Positions 19,047-28,560 of a DNA stretch of 64,000 bases are shown here, in pieces. A program made the translations under genes and the position numbers. The DNA comes from a virus (taxonomy: Duplodnaviria; Heunggongvirae; Uroviricota; Caudoviricetes). Where the stretch lies: the IMG/VR virus record IMGVR_UViG_3300044568_003085, one strand, 5' to 3'. Every line of letters starts with the position of its first letter. Position 1 is the first letter of the stretch. The notes under the pieces were generated by a model. The model was not told the origin of the DNA. It searched no databases and saw only the letters and a program-made list of their open reading frames with translations.

Positions 19047-22000
19047 ATGTCTAAGATACTTGTTCCATTCCATATTACAGATTACGCAGGATCGCCAGGT
19101 TCTGTGCAACCTGGTTTTAAAAAGTTTTATTTAAAAAATGGATATTTTAAACTTTTTGATGGTGCTGCTGTATCAGATGTAGTTTTAGATAGACCATTAG
19201 ATGGATTTGTACCATTAATTGGTACTATTACTCCTAGTGATACTGTATTAACAGCAATTGAAAAACTTCAATACATAATTACAAGTATTAGTGCAGGGAT
19301 GGTAGGTCCTGGTACACCAAATCGTGTAACCAAATTTGTCACACCTTCTACAATTGGTGATTCAATAATAGAAGACGATGGTGTTTCAGTTATAATAAAT
19401 AGAACTAGTGGTGCAACTTCAATGTATACACTAGATGTTAATGGAACTATATATTGTGATTTTGGTGCAAGAAATGTAATAAATGTTCCTTCTGCTATTA
19501 ACATTAATATGCCATATTATAATTTACCAGGAGGCGTACCAGATGCCTCAATTATAAATATAAATGGCAAAGGTCCACTTGCAAATGGATTTATGACAGG
19601 ATATCTTGTTAGTGTAAATGGTCCTGATAATATTGCATTTTTTGCAGATTTAAATGATTCATCTCTTACATCTAGAGGAGCAGAAATGACTAGTCATTTA
19701 TTACACACAGGATACTATATAAGATTAAAAAAAGAAATTGCATCTACTGTTTATAATGATGTATTTACTGTTAGTCATTTAGGAGACACAACAGCTAAAT
19801 CATTTATTAAAATTGGTGGTACATCTGTTCAATATTTAATGGCTGATGGTTCTACAAGTTCAGGTCCTTCACTAACAGGTTACGTTCCTTATACAGGAGC
19901 AACTACTACAGTTAATCTTGGTACTCAAAATTTTTATGCAGATGGTAGTACTGGATTTGGAACAACAACACCAATTGCAAAAGTACATATTGCAGGATCT
20001 ACTGGATTAGCATTTTCTACAAATACAAGTAATCATGGAATGGCATACATTAAAACTGTTGTCATGGACTCGCTTATTGCGCCTTATGAAGGTGATTTAA
20101 CATTTTCTGCTCCATATTGGGATGGTGTGTTGTATTCATTTCCAGAAAGAGTTCGTATTGCTGCACATACAGGATATCTTGGTATTAATCAAACACTTCC
20201 TACACAACATTTACATGTTGAAGGTAATTCAAGAATTACAGGTGCTGTATATGATTCTAATAATTTACCTGGTACAGTTGGACAATACTTATCTTCAACT
20301 ATAACAGGTACATCTTGGACATCTCTTCCTTCATTAACTGGTTTTGTTCCTACTTCAAGAACTTTATCTATAAATGGAACATTGTATGATCTTACGGCAG
20401 ATAGATCTTGGAGTGTTGGAACGGTTACATCAGTAGGAATTACTGTTCCTTCTGCCTTCAATGTTACGCCTAGTACAATAACTACATCAGGTACATTTGC
20501 AATAACTGGTGCAGGAACTGCCTCTCAATATGTTAGAGGAGATGGACAATTAGCAACTTTCCCAAGTGGTGGTGGTGGCGGTTCTTCTGTTAATTATTAT
20601 TTAAATGGTTCAATTGCTGCATCAGTTGCAACTTATAAGCAGATGTCAAACACTGCAATAATTGGAGCAGGTACTGATTTTAGTTTAACAGGTAATGGAT
20701 TAATTGCACAATTTTTAACAGACGCAGGTAATCCAAATAGACTTGAGATACCCGGAGGTGCTTGGAACTTTGAGATGTTTTTTTCAATGTCATCAAGCGG
20801 AGGGACTCCTAAATTTTACGTTGAACTTTTAAAATATGATGGTACTGTATTTACAAGTATTGCATCAAGCTCTCTAATACCTGAGACAATAAGTGGAGGA
20901 ACAATTATTGATTTATATTTAACATCTTTAGCAGTACCTACAACACCGTTATTAGTTACCGATAGACTTGCTATTAGAGTTTATATCATTAATAATTCAG
21001 GAGGCAGAACAGCAACATTACATACAGAGGATAGTCATTTATGTGAAATTATAACTACATTTTCAGGTGGCGTAACTTCATTAAATGGATTGACTACAAA
21101 TACACAATATTTAGCAGTAGGAACAAGCGGAACAGACTTTAATATTAATAGTTTAGTTGATACACATACATTCAATTTACCTAACGCAAGTACAACAGCA
21201 AGAGGAGTTGTTACAGTAAATAACCAATCTTTTTCAGGATTAAAAAACTTTACAGATAATATTATAGTAAACACAATTAGAATATGGAGAGGTAGTAACA
21301 ATAGCCTTACTAATATAGGAATTGGTTTAGATACATTAATTGATAACACAGGAAATCAAAATACAATACTCGGGTATCAATCTGTATCTTCTTTGCTATC
21401 AACTAGTAGTTTTACCACAGCTATTGGGCATCAATCTTTAAAAGATGTTACAGGAAACAACAATACTGCAGTTGGAAATACCTCGGGATTACTTATTACA
21501 ACAGGGTTTCAAAATACGTTTATTGGGGCACAAGCAGGTGGTATTGTTGGACAAAAAATTGATGCATCTAATAGTACAGCTATAGGCTATCAGGCAATTA
21601 CGACTAAAAATAATCAAATTGTTTTAGGTACTTCAAATACCGTTGAAACTATATTGCATGGTAATACATATATAGGAACACCATTACCTGTATTAGATGC
21701 AAAATTAACAGTGATCGGTAACGGATCTGATCCTTCTTTTAGAGTGTATAAAAACCCAACTGATGTTGTATCAGGTCTTCCAATATTCTCTGTTAGAGAA
21801 ACTGGTAGAGTAGGTATAGGTCAGACAGTAAGTCCTGACTTTAAAGTGGAGATTAGAGACTTTGAAGCAACTGATTATGCAGTTTCAAGTGCTACTTTAT
21901 TCACGCCTGTAAATGAAAATTCTGTAGCATTGTCTCTCCAAAACGCAGAACAAAATAGCGGTGGTGCTTGTTATCTTCAATTAGGACCAAGAAATTCTCA

Positions 22001-22331
22001 AAACTTTACAAATTATTGTTATATAGGAGCAGTATCTGTAGCAAGTGTTTATGCCCCAAGAATGGTGTTTGGTATGAGGCAAGGTTCTACTTCTTATGCT
22101 GAAAAAATGAGAATCAATACAGATGGTATTGGAATGTTTACAAATGGAAATCCTAACAGTAGTGCTGCTCTTGAAATAGCATCTACTATAAAAGGTTTTT
22201 TACCCCCTAGAATGACCAATGCTCAAAGAATTGCAATAGCAACACCTGCAATAGGATTAATGGTTTATTGCACAGATGCAACAGAAGGTTTATATATTAA
22301 CAAGTCCACAGGGTGGACATTTATAATTTAA
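19047..22331 (+). CDS. tail fibre / receptor-binding protein (1094 aa)
   Basis: Very Gly/Ser/Thr/Asn-rich with a poly-Gly run (GGGGGSS). It has repeated SLTG[YF]VP(Y/T) segments and a beta-rich composition typical of phage fibres. It lies directly downstream of the virion giants. Confidence 0.7.
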   Translation: MSKILVPFHITDYAGSPGSVQPGFKKFYLKNGYFKLFDGAAVSDVVLDRPLDGFVPLIGTITPSDTVLTAIEKLQYIITSISAGMVGPGTPNRVTKFVTPSTIGDSIIEDDGVSVIINRTSGATSMYTLDVNGTIYCDFGARNVINVPSAININMPYYNLPGGVPDASIININGKGPLANGFMTGYLVSVNGPDNIAFFADLNDSSLTSRGAEMTSHLLHTGYYIRLKKEIASTVYNDVFTVSHLGDTTAKSFIKIGGTSVQYLMADGSTSSGPSLTGYVPYTGATTTVNLGTQNFYADGSTGFGTTTPIAKVHIAGSTGLAFSTNTSNHGMAYIKTVVMDSLIAPYEGDLTFSAPYWDGVLYSFPERVRIAAHTGYLGINQTLPTQHLHVEGNSRITGAVYDSNNLPGTVGQYLSSTITGTSWTSLPSLTGFVPTSRTLSINGTLYDLTADRSWSVGTVTSVGITVPSAFNVTPSTITTSGTFAITGAGTASQYVRGDGQLATFPSGGGGGSSVNYYLNGSIAASVATYKQMSNTAIIGAGTDFSLTGNGLIAQFLTDAGNPNRLEIPGGAWNFEMFFSMSSSGGTPKFYVELLKYDGTVFTSIASSSLIPETISGGTIIDLYLTSLAVPTTPLLVTDRLAIRVYIINNSGGRTATLHTEDSHLCEIITTFSGGVTSLNGLTTNTQYLAVGTSGTDFNINSLVDTHTFNLPNASTTARGVVTVNNQSFSGLKNFTDNIIVNTIRIWRGSNNSLTNIGIGLDTLIDNTGNQNTILGYQSVSSLLSTSSFTTAIGHQSLKDVTGNNNTAVGNTSGLLITTGFQNTFIGAQAGGIVGQKIDASNSTAIGYQAITTKNNQIVLGTSNTVETILHGNTYIGTPLPVLDAKLTVIGNGSDPSFRVYKNPTDVVSGLPIFSVRETGRVGIGQTVSPDFKVEIRDFEATDYAVSSATLFTPVNENSVALSLQNAEQNSGGACYLQLGPRNSQNFTNYCYIGAVSVASVYAPRMVFGMRQGSTSYAEKMRINTDGIGMFTNGNPNSSAALEIASTIKGFLPPRMTNAQRIAIATPAIGLMVYCTDATEGLYINKSTGWTFII

Positions 22332-22334
22332 CAA

Positions 22335-22643
22335 ATGGGATTATTATTAAGTGCTACGGCAGAAAAAAAGATTTTGATTAAAGGTACAGAAATTGAATTA
22401 CCAAGTGTTTATGTTCGTTTAGAATATGGAGCAAGAGCAAACGGTGTGAGGTTAGAAATAGCAGCTGCCACTTATAATTCATTAGCAACATATAAAGCAG
22501 GTGAAAGTACTTTAAGTACGGATGTACCGCAGTCAAATATAGGTGTAGAATTAGTAGAAGGGCAATTGCAAGATTTGTCAAGCGCGGAGTTTTATGCTAA
22601 AGCAGGCTATGAAGAACTAGGCTATGCCGTAGAGGTATTATAG
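22335..22643 (+). CDS. hypothetical protein (102 aa), possibly fibre-associated (chaperone or assembly)
   Basis: Starts 4 nt after the tail-fibre stop on the same strand. Confidence 0.5.
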   Translation: MGLLLSATAEKKILIKGTEIELPSVYVRLEYGARANGVRLEIAAATYNSLATYKAGESTLSTDVPQSNIGVELVEGQLQDLSSAEFYAKAGYEELGYAVEVL

Positions 22644-22712
22644 TAAAAAATACAATTTAATCAAATTTAAGAAGTCAACAAGAAATAATTAACAAAAATT
22701 AAATAACTAACA

Positions 22713-22856
22713 ATGGCAGCAAAAGTAAAAGCAAACAGCACAACATTTACACCAAAACCTAAAGTAAAAAGACCAGGTAGACATAGTAAATGTAAATCAT
22801 CAAAATTAAAGGGTAGTAAAAACTATCTTAAAGTGTATAGTGCACAAGGTAAATAG
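22713..22856 (+). CDS. small, highly basic 47-aa ORF (MAAKVKANSTTFTPKPKVKRPGRHSKCKSSKLKGSKNYLKVYSAQGK), below the 60-aa ORF-track cutoff
   Basis: ATG at 22713 and stop at 22854-22856, immediately followed by the hairpin terminator at 22861-22881. Lys/Arg-rich like nucleic-acid-binding or ribosomal-type small proteins. Confidence 0.25.
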   Translation: MAAKVKANSTTFTPKPKVKRPGRHSKCKSSKLKGSKNYLKVYSAQGK

Positions 22857-22860
22857 AAAA

Positions 22861-22881
22861 AGGGAGCCATTACAGCTCCCT
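22861..22881. terminator. bidirectional intrinsic terminator: stem GGGAGC, loop CATTACA, stem GCTCCC, with T-runs on both strands
   Basis: 6-7 bp GC-rich stem at 22862-22867 / 22875-22880. It is followed by TTCTCTATT on the + strand and by TTTTCTATTT on the - strand, between convergent genes. Confidence 0.55.
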
Positions 22882-22905
22882 TCTCTATTAATGGAAATGA
22901 TAGTA

Positions 22906-23526
22906 TTAATCTCCAAAGTATTTATATCCATCTGAAACTTCATCTAAGTTACCTTCTGCTAAATTGTAACACATAGAACCAAGTGTAGAGGTTGTATTTT
23001 TATTTTTATCATCTTTTCTAATAAAATATTTTGATGTTTGCATGTACATATAATCTGATGTTTCATCAAACGGTTTAACATACAATTCAGTTGCTTTCAT
23101 AACAAAATCCCAATCATAATCAGGATATTCTGCAAAAAACCATTTAAACTTGTCATATAGTTCTTTTGGATTAGTTCTAAAACTTACTGATGAACCTTCT
23201 TTTTTTCCTTTTGGAAATAAATTATTATATGCAATGATTTTAGATTCCCAATCTGCAAAAGGAACATCATTCTTTTTAACTTGTTTTTTATTAATCAATA
23301 CATCTTCAGATTCTTTAAGTAAATGAAGACCTTTTGGTGTAATTACATATGAATTACCAAATTCATTTGTATTTTTTACAACATATTTTGTCATTTCTAA
23401 TCTGTACAATTCTGTTGCTGTATTTACATAATTTACATAACTATATTTTTTGTAAATACAATGTAAAATAAATAATCCATTTGGAGTTATTTCATTTTTT
23501 ACAAGATGGTCATAAAAATCTTTCAT
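22906..23526 (-). CDS. hypothetical protein (206 aa)
   Basis: ORF on the opposite strand, embedded in the structural block. No motif recognised. Confidence 0.6.
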   Translation of the reverse strand: MKDFYDHLVKNEITPNGLFILHCIYKKYSYVNYVNTATELYRLEMTKYVVKNTNEFGNSYVITPKGLHLLKESEDVLINKKQVKKNDVPFADWESKIIAYNNLFPKGKKEGSSVSFRTNPKELYDKFKWFFAEYPDYDWDFVMKATELYVKPFDETSDYMYMQTSKYFIRKDDKNKNTTSTLGSMCYNLAEGNLDEVSDGYKYFGD

Positions 23527-23810
23527 AGTTTATTTTTTGGGTTATTCATTTTTGATTCATAAATATAATAAGTAATTATTACAGGTTCTACATTGTAATT
23601 ATGTAATAAATCAGTAAGTACTTTATTACCAGTTATTGCATTAAATTGCTCTTGTGTATATAAAGCATTTCCTTTTGGACCAACAGTCCTGTGTTTTCTA
23701 AGACCTAATTTTGATATTTTATTTATTGTAGATTTATTTTTTATACCTAGTTTAATTGATATTTCTTCAATTGTATAATACTTTGTTTTATTTTCTATCT
23801 CCATTTGCAT
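23523..23810 (-). CDS. small helix-turn-helix DNA-binding protein (95 aa)
   Basis: The segment YTIEEISIKLGIKNKSTINKISKLGL has a classic HTH pattern. It overlaps the downstream gene by 4 nt. Confidence 0.5.
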   Translation of the reverse strand: MQMEIENKTKYYTIEEISIKLGIKNKSTINKISKLGLRKHRTVGPKGNALYTQEQFNAITGNKVLTDLLHNYNVEPVIITYYIYESKMNNPKNKL

Positions 23811-24030
23811 ATTGTTTTATAAGTTCTCTTTCATCTTCAAATACATATCTGTATTTTACATCTTTATATTCTTCCATAATGTATGGATTTTGCATTTTTC
23901 TAAAAAAGTTTTTATCATCTTTAGTTTCTACTGCTAGAATTAGATGTGAATCTGTATAACCACATACAATTCCTTGGTATTTATCATGTTTAATTAACAT
24001 GTTTTTAAATTGATTGAATACTTGTTCCAT
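23788..24030 (-). CDS. hypothetical protein (80 aa)
   Basis: ORF with a 23-nt overlap with the HTH gene. It sits in the divergent region opposite the 24197 gene. Confidence 0.45.
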   Translation of the reverse strand: MEQVFNQFKNMLIKHDKYQGIVCGYTDSHLILAVETKDDKNFFRKMQNPYIMEEYKDVKYRYVFEDERELIKQYANGDRK

Positions 24031-24106
24031 ATTTGTATTGTTTAAAAGGATTGATTTTTTAATAAGCGGACTACAAAGATCAAAAAAATAATTGCATTTA
24101 GTTGCA

Positions 24107-24114
24107 TATTTTTG
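24107..24114 (+). promoter_or_regulatory. candidate -7 promoter element TATTTTTG (TAnnTTTG) in the divergent intergenic region
   Basis: Lies in the 166-nt AT-rich gap between divergent genes (24030 leftward, 24197 rightward), about 83 nt upstream of the 24197 ATG. Confidence 0.2.
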
Positions 24115-24196
24115 ATATTTATTTTAAAGTTTTTTAGTATATTAATAATGAAGCCATTGTATAGTAAATACTAACTTTTTTATTCTTTTTTTTATA

Positions 24197-25246
24197 ATGA
24201 AAACATACGCAATTAACATTTTAACAGGATTAGTCTTGTTTTTTACACCTATTCAGGGTTTATTATTAGGAGTAGGAGCAATTATTATTCTTGATACATT
24301 CACAGGAATATTTAAATCTGTAAAAAGAGGAGGATGGAGTTCTATAAAAAGTAGGATATTATCAAATATAATTAGCAAAATGTTATTATATGAAATATGT
24401 ATAATTTTATTATATCCAATAGATTATTATTTACTAAACGAATTATTAATACGTTTAATTTCAATTCAGTTTTTTGCAACAAAATTGACATGTGTAATTT
24501 TAATATTTATTGAAGGAGTTTCAATTAAAGAAAACATAGAAGAAGCATTAAAAATAAATATTTGGCAACTATTAAGAAATGCAATTAAAAGAGCAAAAGA
24601 AGTAAAACAAGATCTTAAAACAATGCAAAAAATTAAACCATACATTACTACAATATTAATAGGAATACTACTTCTAATTATACTATTACAAAGATCCTGC
24701 ACAGGAACTAAAATAATAGATAATAAACCAGAGGTTACTGTAAAAATAGATACAGTATATAAACATATTACTCACACAGTAGTTAAGAATGTACCAGTAA
24801 AAACATTTGTTTATTTAAAACCAGATGGTCCACAATATACTTCAGGTGAAAATATTGACACATGTAGAGCTAGATTTGACTATCTTTTAAAACAACATGC
24901 AACTAGAAGAGTCTATCAAGATACATTAAAAATTGATAGTCTTGGTACAATTACAATAATTGATACTATTTGGTTAAATAAATTACATAAAAGAACATAT
25001 TTACAAGATATAAAAATACCTTTAGTTACAAAAACAGTTACAATTATAAAAGAAAAAGATCCTGTGCGTCAATTATACATAGGAGGTAATTTATTTGGTG
25101 ATCAGACTAGTTTACAACTAATTACACCTGGAATTTTATATAAAACAAAAAAAGATCATATATATCAAGTTAATGCAGGTATAAATTTTAATGGTACTAT
25201 CACATATGGTGTTGGTGCTTATTGGAAAATATCATTTAAAAAATAA
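24197..25246 (+). CDS. multi-pass membrane protein (349 aa), possibly a lysis-associated holin-like component
   Basis: Four or more predicted TM helices in the first ~120 aa, another TM near aa 150, then a soluble C-terminal domain. It sits directly upstream of the endolysin. Confidence 0.6.
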   Translation: MKTYAINILTGLVLFFTPIQGLLLGVGAIIILDTFTGIFKSVKRGGWSSIKSRILSNIISKMLLYEICIILLYPIDYYLLNELLIRLISIQFFATKLTCVILIFIEGVSIKENIEEALKINIWQLLRNAIKRAKEVKQDLKTMQKIKPYITTILIGILLLIILLQRSCTGTKIIDNKPEVTVKIDTVYKHITHTVVKNVPVKTFVYLKPDGPQYTSGENIDTCRARFDYLLKQHATRRVYQDTLKIDSLGTITIIDTIWLNKLHKRTYLQDIKIPLVTKTVTIIKEKDPVRQLYIGGNLFGDQTSLQLITPGILYKTKKDHIYQVNAGINFNGTITYGVGAYWKISFKK

Positions 25247-25252
25247 TAAACT

Positions 25253-25669
25253 ATGGTAACAAGTGCACAATGTTTAAAAAAATATGGTGATCCAACATTA
25301 GAACGTAGTATGAATGTTTGGGATGTTCCTACTGAATTAGAAATAGGAGTTATACCTAAAAAAATATATTGCAACAAAGACATAGTCAAGCCTCTTGAAC
25401 AAGCATTTAAAAACTTGATTCAACGTAACCATGTAAAAGAATTAAAAACTTGGGATGGATGTTTTAACATTAGACAAAAAAGAGGTTTGATAAGTATGTC
25501 ATTACATTCATGGGGTATTGCAATTGATGTTAATGCTGCATGGAATGGTCTTGGTAAAATACCAGTGTTATCTGCAGAATTTGTAAAATGTTTTACAGAT
25601 GCAGGTTTTGAATGGGGTGGTACATGGACTCGCAAAGATGGAATGCATTTTCAACTTGCTAAAGTATAA
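25253..25669 (+). CDS. endolysin, peptidase M15 family (L-alanyl-D-glutamate / D-Ala-D-Ala peptidase type, T5-Lys-like size)
   Basis: The SLHSWGIAIDV segment matches the SxHxxGxAxD zinc-ligand motif, and DGMHFQ matches the C-terminal His motif of VanY/M15 peptidases. It is 138 aa. Confidence 0.8.
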   Translation: MVTSAQCLKKYGDPTLERSMNVWDVPTELEIGVIPKKIYCNKDIVKPLEQAFKNLIQRNHVKELKTWDGCFNIRQKRGLISMSLHSWGIAIDVNAAWNGLGKIPVLSAEFVKCFTDAGFEWGGTWTRKDGMHFQLAKV

Positions 25670-25690
25670 AATAATTTAATATATATAATC

Positions 25691-26086
25691 ATGATAAATT
25701 TTGATATTACACCTTCAGATTTACAAGTACTTGTAAATGAAGTAAGACAATTAAAATTATTAATTTTAAATCAGTTACCACAAGTAGTATTAACTACTAG
25801 TACTAATATTTCAGCAAGTAATTTGGATTCAAATGGTAATACACAAATAGGTAAAAATGTTGTTATAAATAATGGCGCATCAAACATTAATTATATTCTT
25901 GATGTTAATAGTGGATTTGTTGCAACTTATTTAAAAATTGGCACAGGAGCAGTTGCGTTTATTGCACAATCTGGAAGAACTTTAGTTTTAATTAATGGAA
26001 TAAGTTCTATGATTGGTGATATTGGTAGTTCAGCAACAGTTTCAAGTGTGGGAACTGTAGATTATTTAAGAATAACAAATATATAA
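25691..26086 (+). CDS. hypothetical protein (131 aa), fibre-like and Ser/Asn/Thr-rich
   Basis: Immediately precedes the DUF285 repeat protein with a 1-nt gap. Composition is typical of tail-fibre accessory proteins. Confidence 0.5.
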   Translation: MINFDITPSDLQVLVNEVRQLKLLILNQLPQVVLTTSTNISASNLDSNGNTQIGKNVVINNGASNINYILDVNSGFVATYLKIGTGAVAFIAQSGRTLVLINGISSMIGDIGSSATVSSVGTVDYLRITNI

Positions 26087-26087
26087 A

Positions 26088-28115
26088 ATGATGAATCCAG
26101 TAATATATTATGATTTATCTGATGCAAATACACCAATTAGCACATTTATTTCTATATGGGATACCAGATTAGTATCTTCTGGTTCTTTCGAGGAAAATAA
26201 AATTTGTTTACCTTTAATATCTACTGGAATTTATGATTTTATAGTTGATTGGGGTGATGGTACTAATAACACAATTGTCACATGGGATGACGTTAATGTT
26301 ATTCATAGTTATGCAGTAGAAGGTGTTTATAAAATATTAATTACTGGTACAATTAATGGGTGGCAATTTGCTAATACAGGTGATAGATTAAAGTTGCTTA
26401 ATATATTACAATGGGGACCATTACAATTAGGTAGGGAAGGTGATTATTTTTATGGGTGTGAAAATTTAGTATTATCAAATGTTTCTGATGTATTAAACTT
26501 ATCAGAAACTACTTCTTTATATAGAGCATTTTATCAATGTATAAGTATTACAACAATTAACAACATTAATAAATGGAATACATCTACAATAACAACTTTA
26601 AACAGAACATTTGATAGATGTATTAATTTTAATGATAATATTGGTAATTGGGATACAAGTAATGTTACCATTATGGAAAATGTATTTACGTCTGCATCAA
26701 AATTTAATAATGGTGACAATGTTTCAATAGGAGAATGGAATACTTCTAAAGTTACTACATTTAAAAATATGTTTGGTAGTGATTCTTTTACAGGATACAT
26801 GATATTTAATCAATACATAGGTGATTGGGATACATCACTATGTAATGATATGTCATTTATGTTTTTTAGAAATCCAAAATTTAATCAAGATATTGGTACT
26901 AAAAAAGTTACTAAAAATGGAGTACCTTATCTTGCGTGGGATACAAAAAATGTGACAACCATGTTGTCAATGTTTTCGTCACAACCAACAGCTGGAATTA
27001 TGCCAATTGGTGAATTTAACAATGGAGGTTCAAATAGTATTGGTAATTGGAATACAATTTCATTAACAACTACTCGATTTATGTTTCATTCTCAATGCAA
27101 GTTTGATCAAAATATTGGAACAAAAGAAGTTACTTTTTCTGGATTTCCAACTTACAATGCATGGGATACACAAAATATAATTGATATGGCTGCAATGTTT
27201 TATGGTCATATTAGCTCAGATATTACAGGTATATTTAATAATAAAGGTAGCGGAAAAATAGCAAATTGGAATACTTCAAAAGTTACTACAATGTCTTCAA
27301 TGTTTTCTAGACAAAAATTATTTAATCAACCTATAGGTACTTCACAAGTTACAGTTGGAGCATCTACTTATTTAGCATGGGATACCATATTAGTAAACAG
27401 TATGAGTTTTATGTTTTTTAATAATTTAGATGCTATATTTAATAATGGAAATAGTTCTTCTATAGGTTTATGGGACACATCAAAAGTTACTACAATGGTG
27501 CAAATGTTTACAGGTGCTCCATTTTTTGATCAAAATATAGGACCACGTACAGTTACTGGATTACGAATAACTCCATATACATCATGGGATGTTGGTTTAG
27601 TAACAGATTTTAGTTTTATGTTTTATGCTTTTTCTTTTCCAAAAAACATGTCAATTTTTAATAATGGTGGAGGAACACCTCAAGGTGGATCTAATTCTAT
27701 TCAAAATTGGAATACTGTTTCTGCATTAAATATGAGATATATGTTTTATAATAACTTATCATTTAATAGACCAATTTCATGGAATACTTCTACAGTAACA
27801 AACATGACATCAATGTTTAGAAATGCAATTGGATTTAATAGACATTTGGGTACATTAAATGTTTCTGCTGTTACAACTTTTGGAAGTAGTACAGATTTAA
27901 CAGATCAATTTATGGCATTTAAAACTTTTAATAATTATTCATATGATAATTATGATAAAACGTTAATTGAATGGGCAACTAGACCAGTTTTACCAAATAA
28001 AATAATTTCTTTTGGCACAGCAAAATATTCTGCAGCAGCAATTGCAGCAAGATCAATACTAACATCTTCACCTAATAATTGGACAATTATTGACGGTGGA
28101 CAAATAATTTTATAA
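26088..28115 (+). CDS. DUF285 / BspA-like 26-residue-repeat protein (675 aa), a putative receptor-binding or host-adhesion protein
   Basis: At least 10 tandem copies of the ~26-aa repeat with consensus I.NW[DN]TS.VT.M..MF....FNQ.I (for example IGNWDTSNVTIMENVF, IGEWNTSKVTTFKNMF, IGLWDTSKVTTMVQMF). Confidence 0.75.
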   Translation: MMNPVIYYDLSDANTPISTFISIWDTRLVSSGSFEENKICLPLISTGIYDFIVDWGDGTNNTIVTWDDVNVIHSYAVEGVYKILITGTINGWQFANTGDRLKLLNILQWGPLQLGREGDYFYGCENLVLSNVSDVLNLSETTSLYRAFYQCISITTINNINKWNTSTITTLNRTFDRCINFNDNIGNWDTSNVTIMENVFTSASKFNNGDNVSIGEWNTSKVTTFKNMFGSDSFTGYMIFNQYIGDWDTSLCNDMSFMFFRNPKFNQDIGTKKVTKNGVPYLAWDTKNVTTMLSMFSSQPTAGIMPIGEFNNGGSNSIGNWNTISLTTTRFMFHSQCKFDQNIGTKEVTFSGFPTYNAWDTQNIIDMAAMFYGHISSDITGIFNNKGSGKIANWNTSKVTTMSSMFSRQKLFNQPIGTSQVTVGASTYLAWDTILVNSMSFMFFNNLDAIFNNGNSSSIGLWDTSKVTTMVQMFTGAPFFDQNIGPRTVTGLRITPYTSWDVGLVTDFSFMFYAFSFPKNMSIFNNGGGTPQGGSNSIQNWNTVSALNMRYMFYNNLSFNRPISWNTSTVTNMTSMFRNAIGFNRHLGTLNVSAVTTFGSSTDLTDQFMAFKTFNNYSYDNYDKTLIEWATRPVLPNKIISFGTAKYSAAAIAARSILTSSPNNWTIIDGGQIIL

Positions 28116-28381
28116 TGACAACAACAGACATTAATTACCCAAAAGTAAAAACTTATTTCATTAATTATAATAATGAAACAGATGTTGTATACGGTTTTGT
28201 ATTACCATCTCAATGCATGAGTACTGGTATGAATAATACATTTCAAACACCTTCATTAAATGCACTTATAGAAAAATTAAAAGTTGATTTTAACATTAAT
28301 TATGTTGAGAATATACCAGTAGATATTGAACCTTTTGAGAACATTGATAATGATCCAGGATATATTTCAAATGAACAATAA
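28115..28381 (+). CDS. hypothetical protein (88 aa)
   Basis: Start overlaps the stop of the DUF285 gene. Last gene of the + block. Confidence 0.45.
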   Translation: MTTTDINYPKVKTYFINYNNETDVVYGFVLPSQCMSTGMNNTFQTPSLNALIEKLKVDFNINYVENIPVDIEPFENIDNDPGYISNEQ

Positions 28382-28429
28382 AATAGCTGTACTTTTTAGT
28401 TAGTTAGTTTTCTTTCTCTTCTGTTGAAA

Positions 28430-28456
28430 GACCCCCATTACTGGGGGTTTTTCTAT
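28430..28456 (+). terminator. intrinsic terminator: GACCCCC, loop ATTACT, GGGGGT, then TTTTTCT
   Basis: 5-6 bp G/C stem (28432-28436 / 28443-28447) followed by T5. It lies 50 nt after the last + strand gene, in the convergent zone. Confidence 0.6.
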
Positions 28457-28560
28457 TTACTTCCTTTTTTAATTAAATAATACCATAACCAAATAATATG
28501 TGGTCTGATAAACTCGTATGCAATAAATATTAATAAGTATTTCATTAAATTTTTATTTAA

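Noticed and set aside
19268-21349. ORFs 19268..19504, 20122..20304, 20189..20461 and 21035..21349 inside the tail-fibre gene
   Set aside because: They are nested or antisense within a confidently coding 1094-aa ORF.
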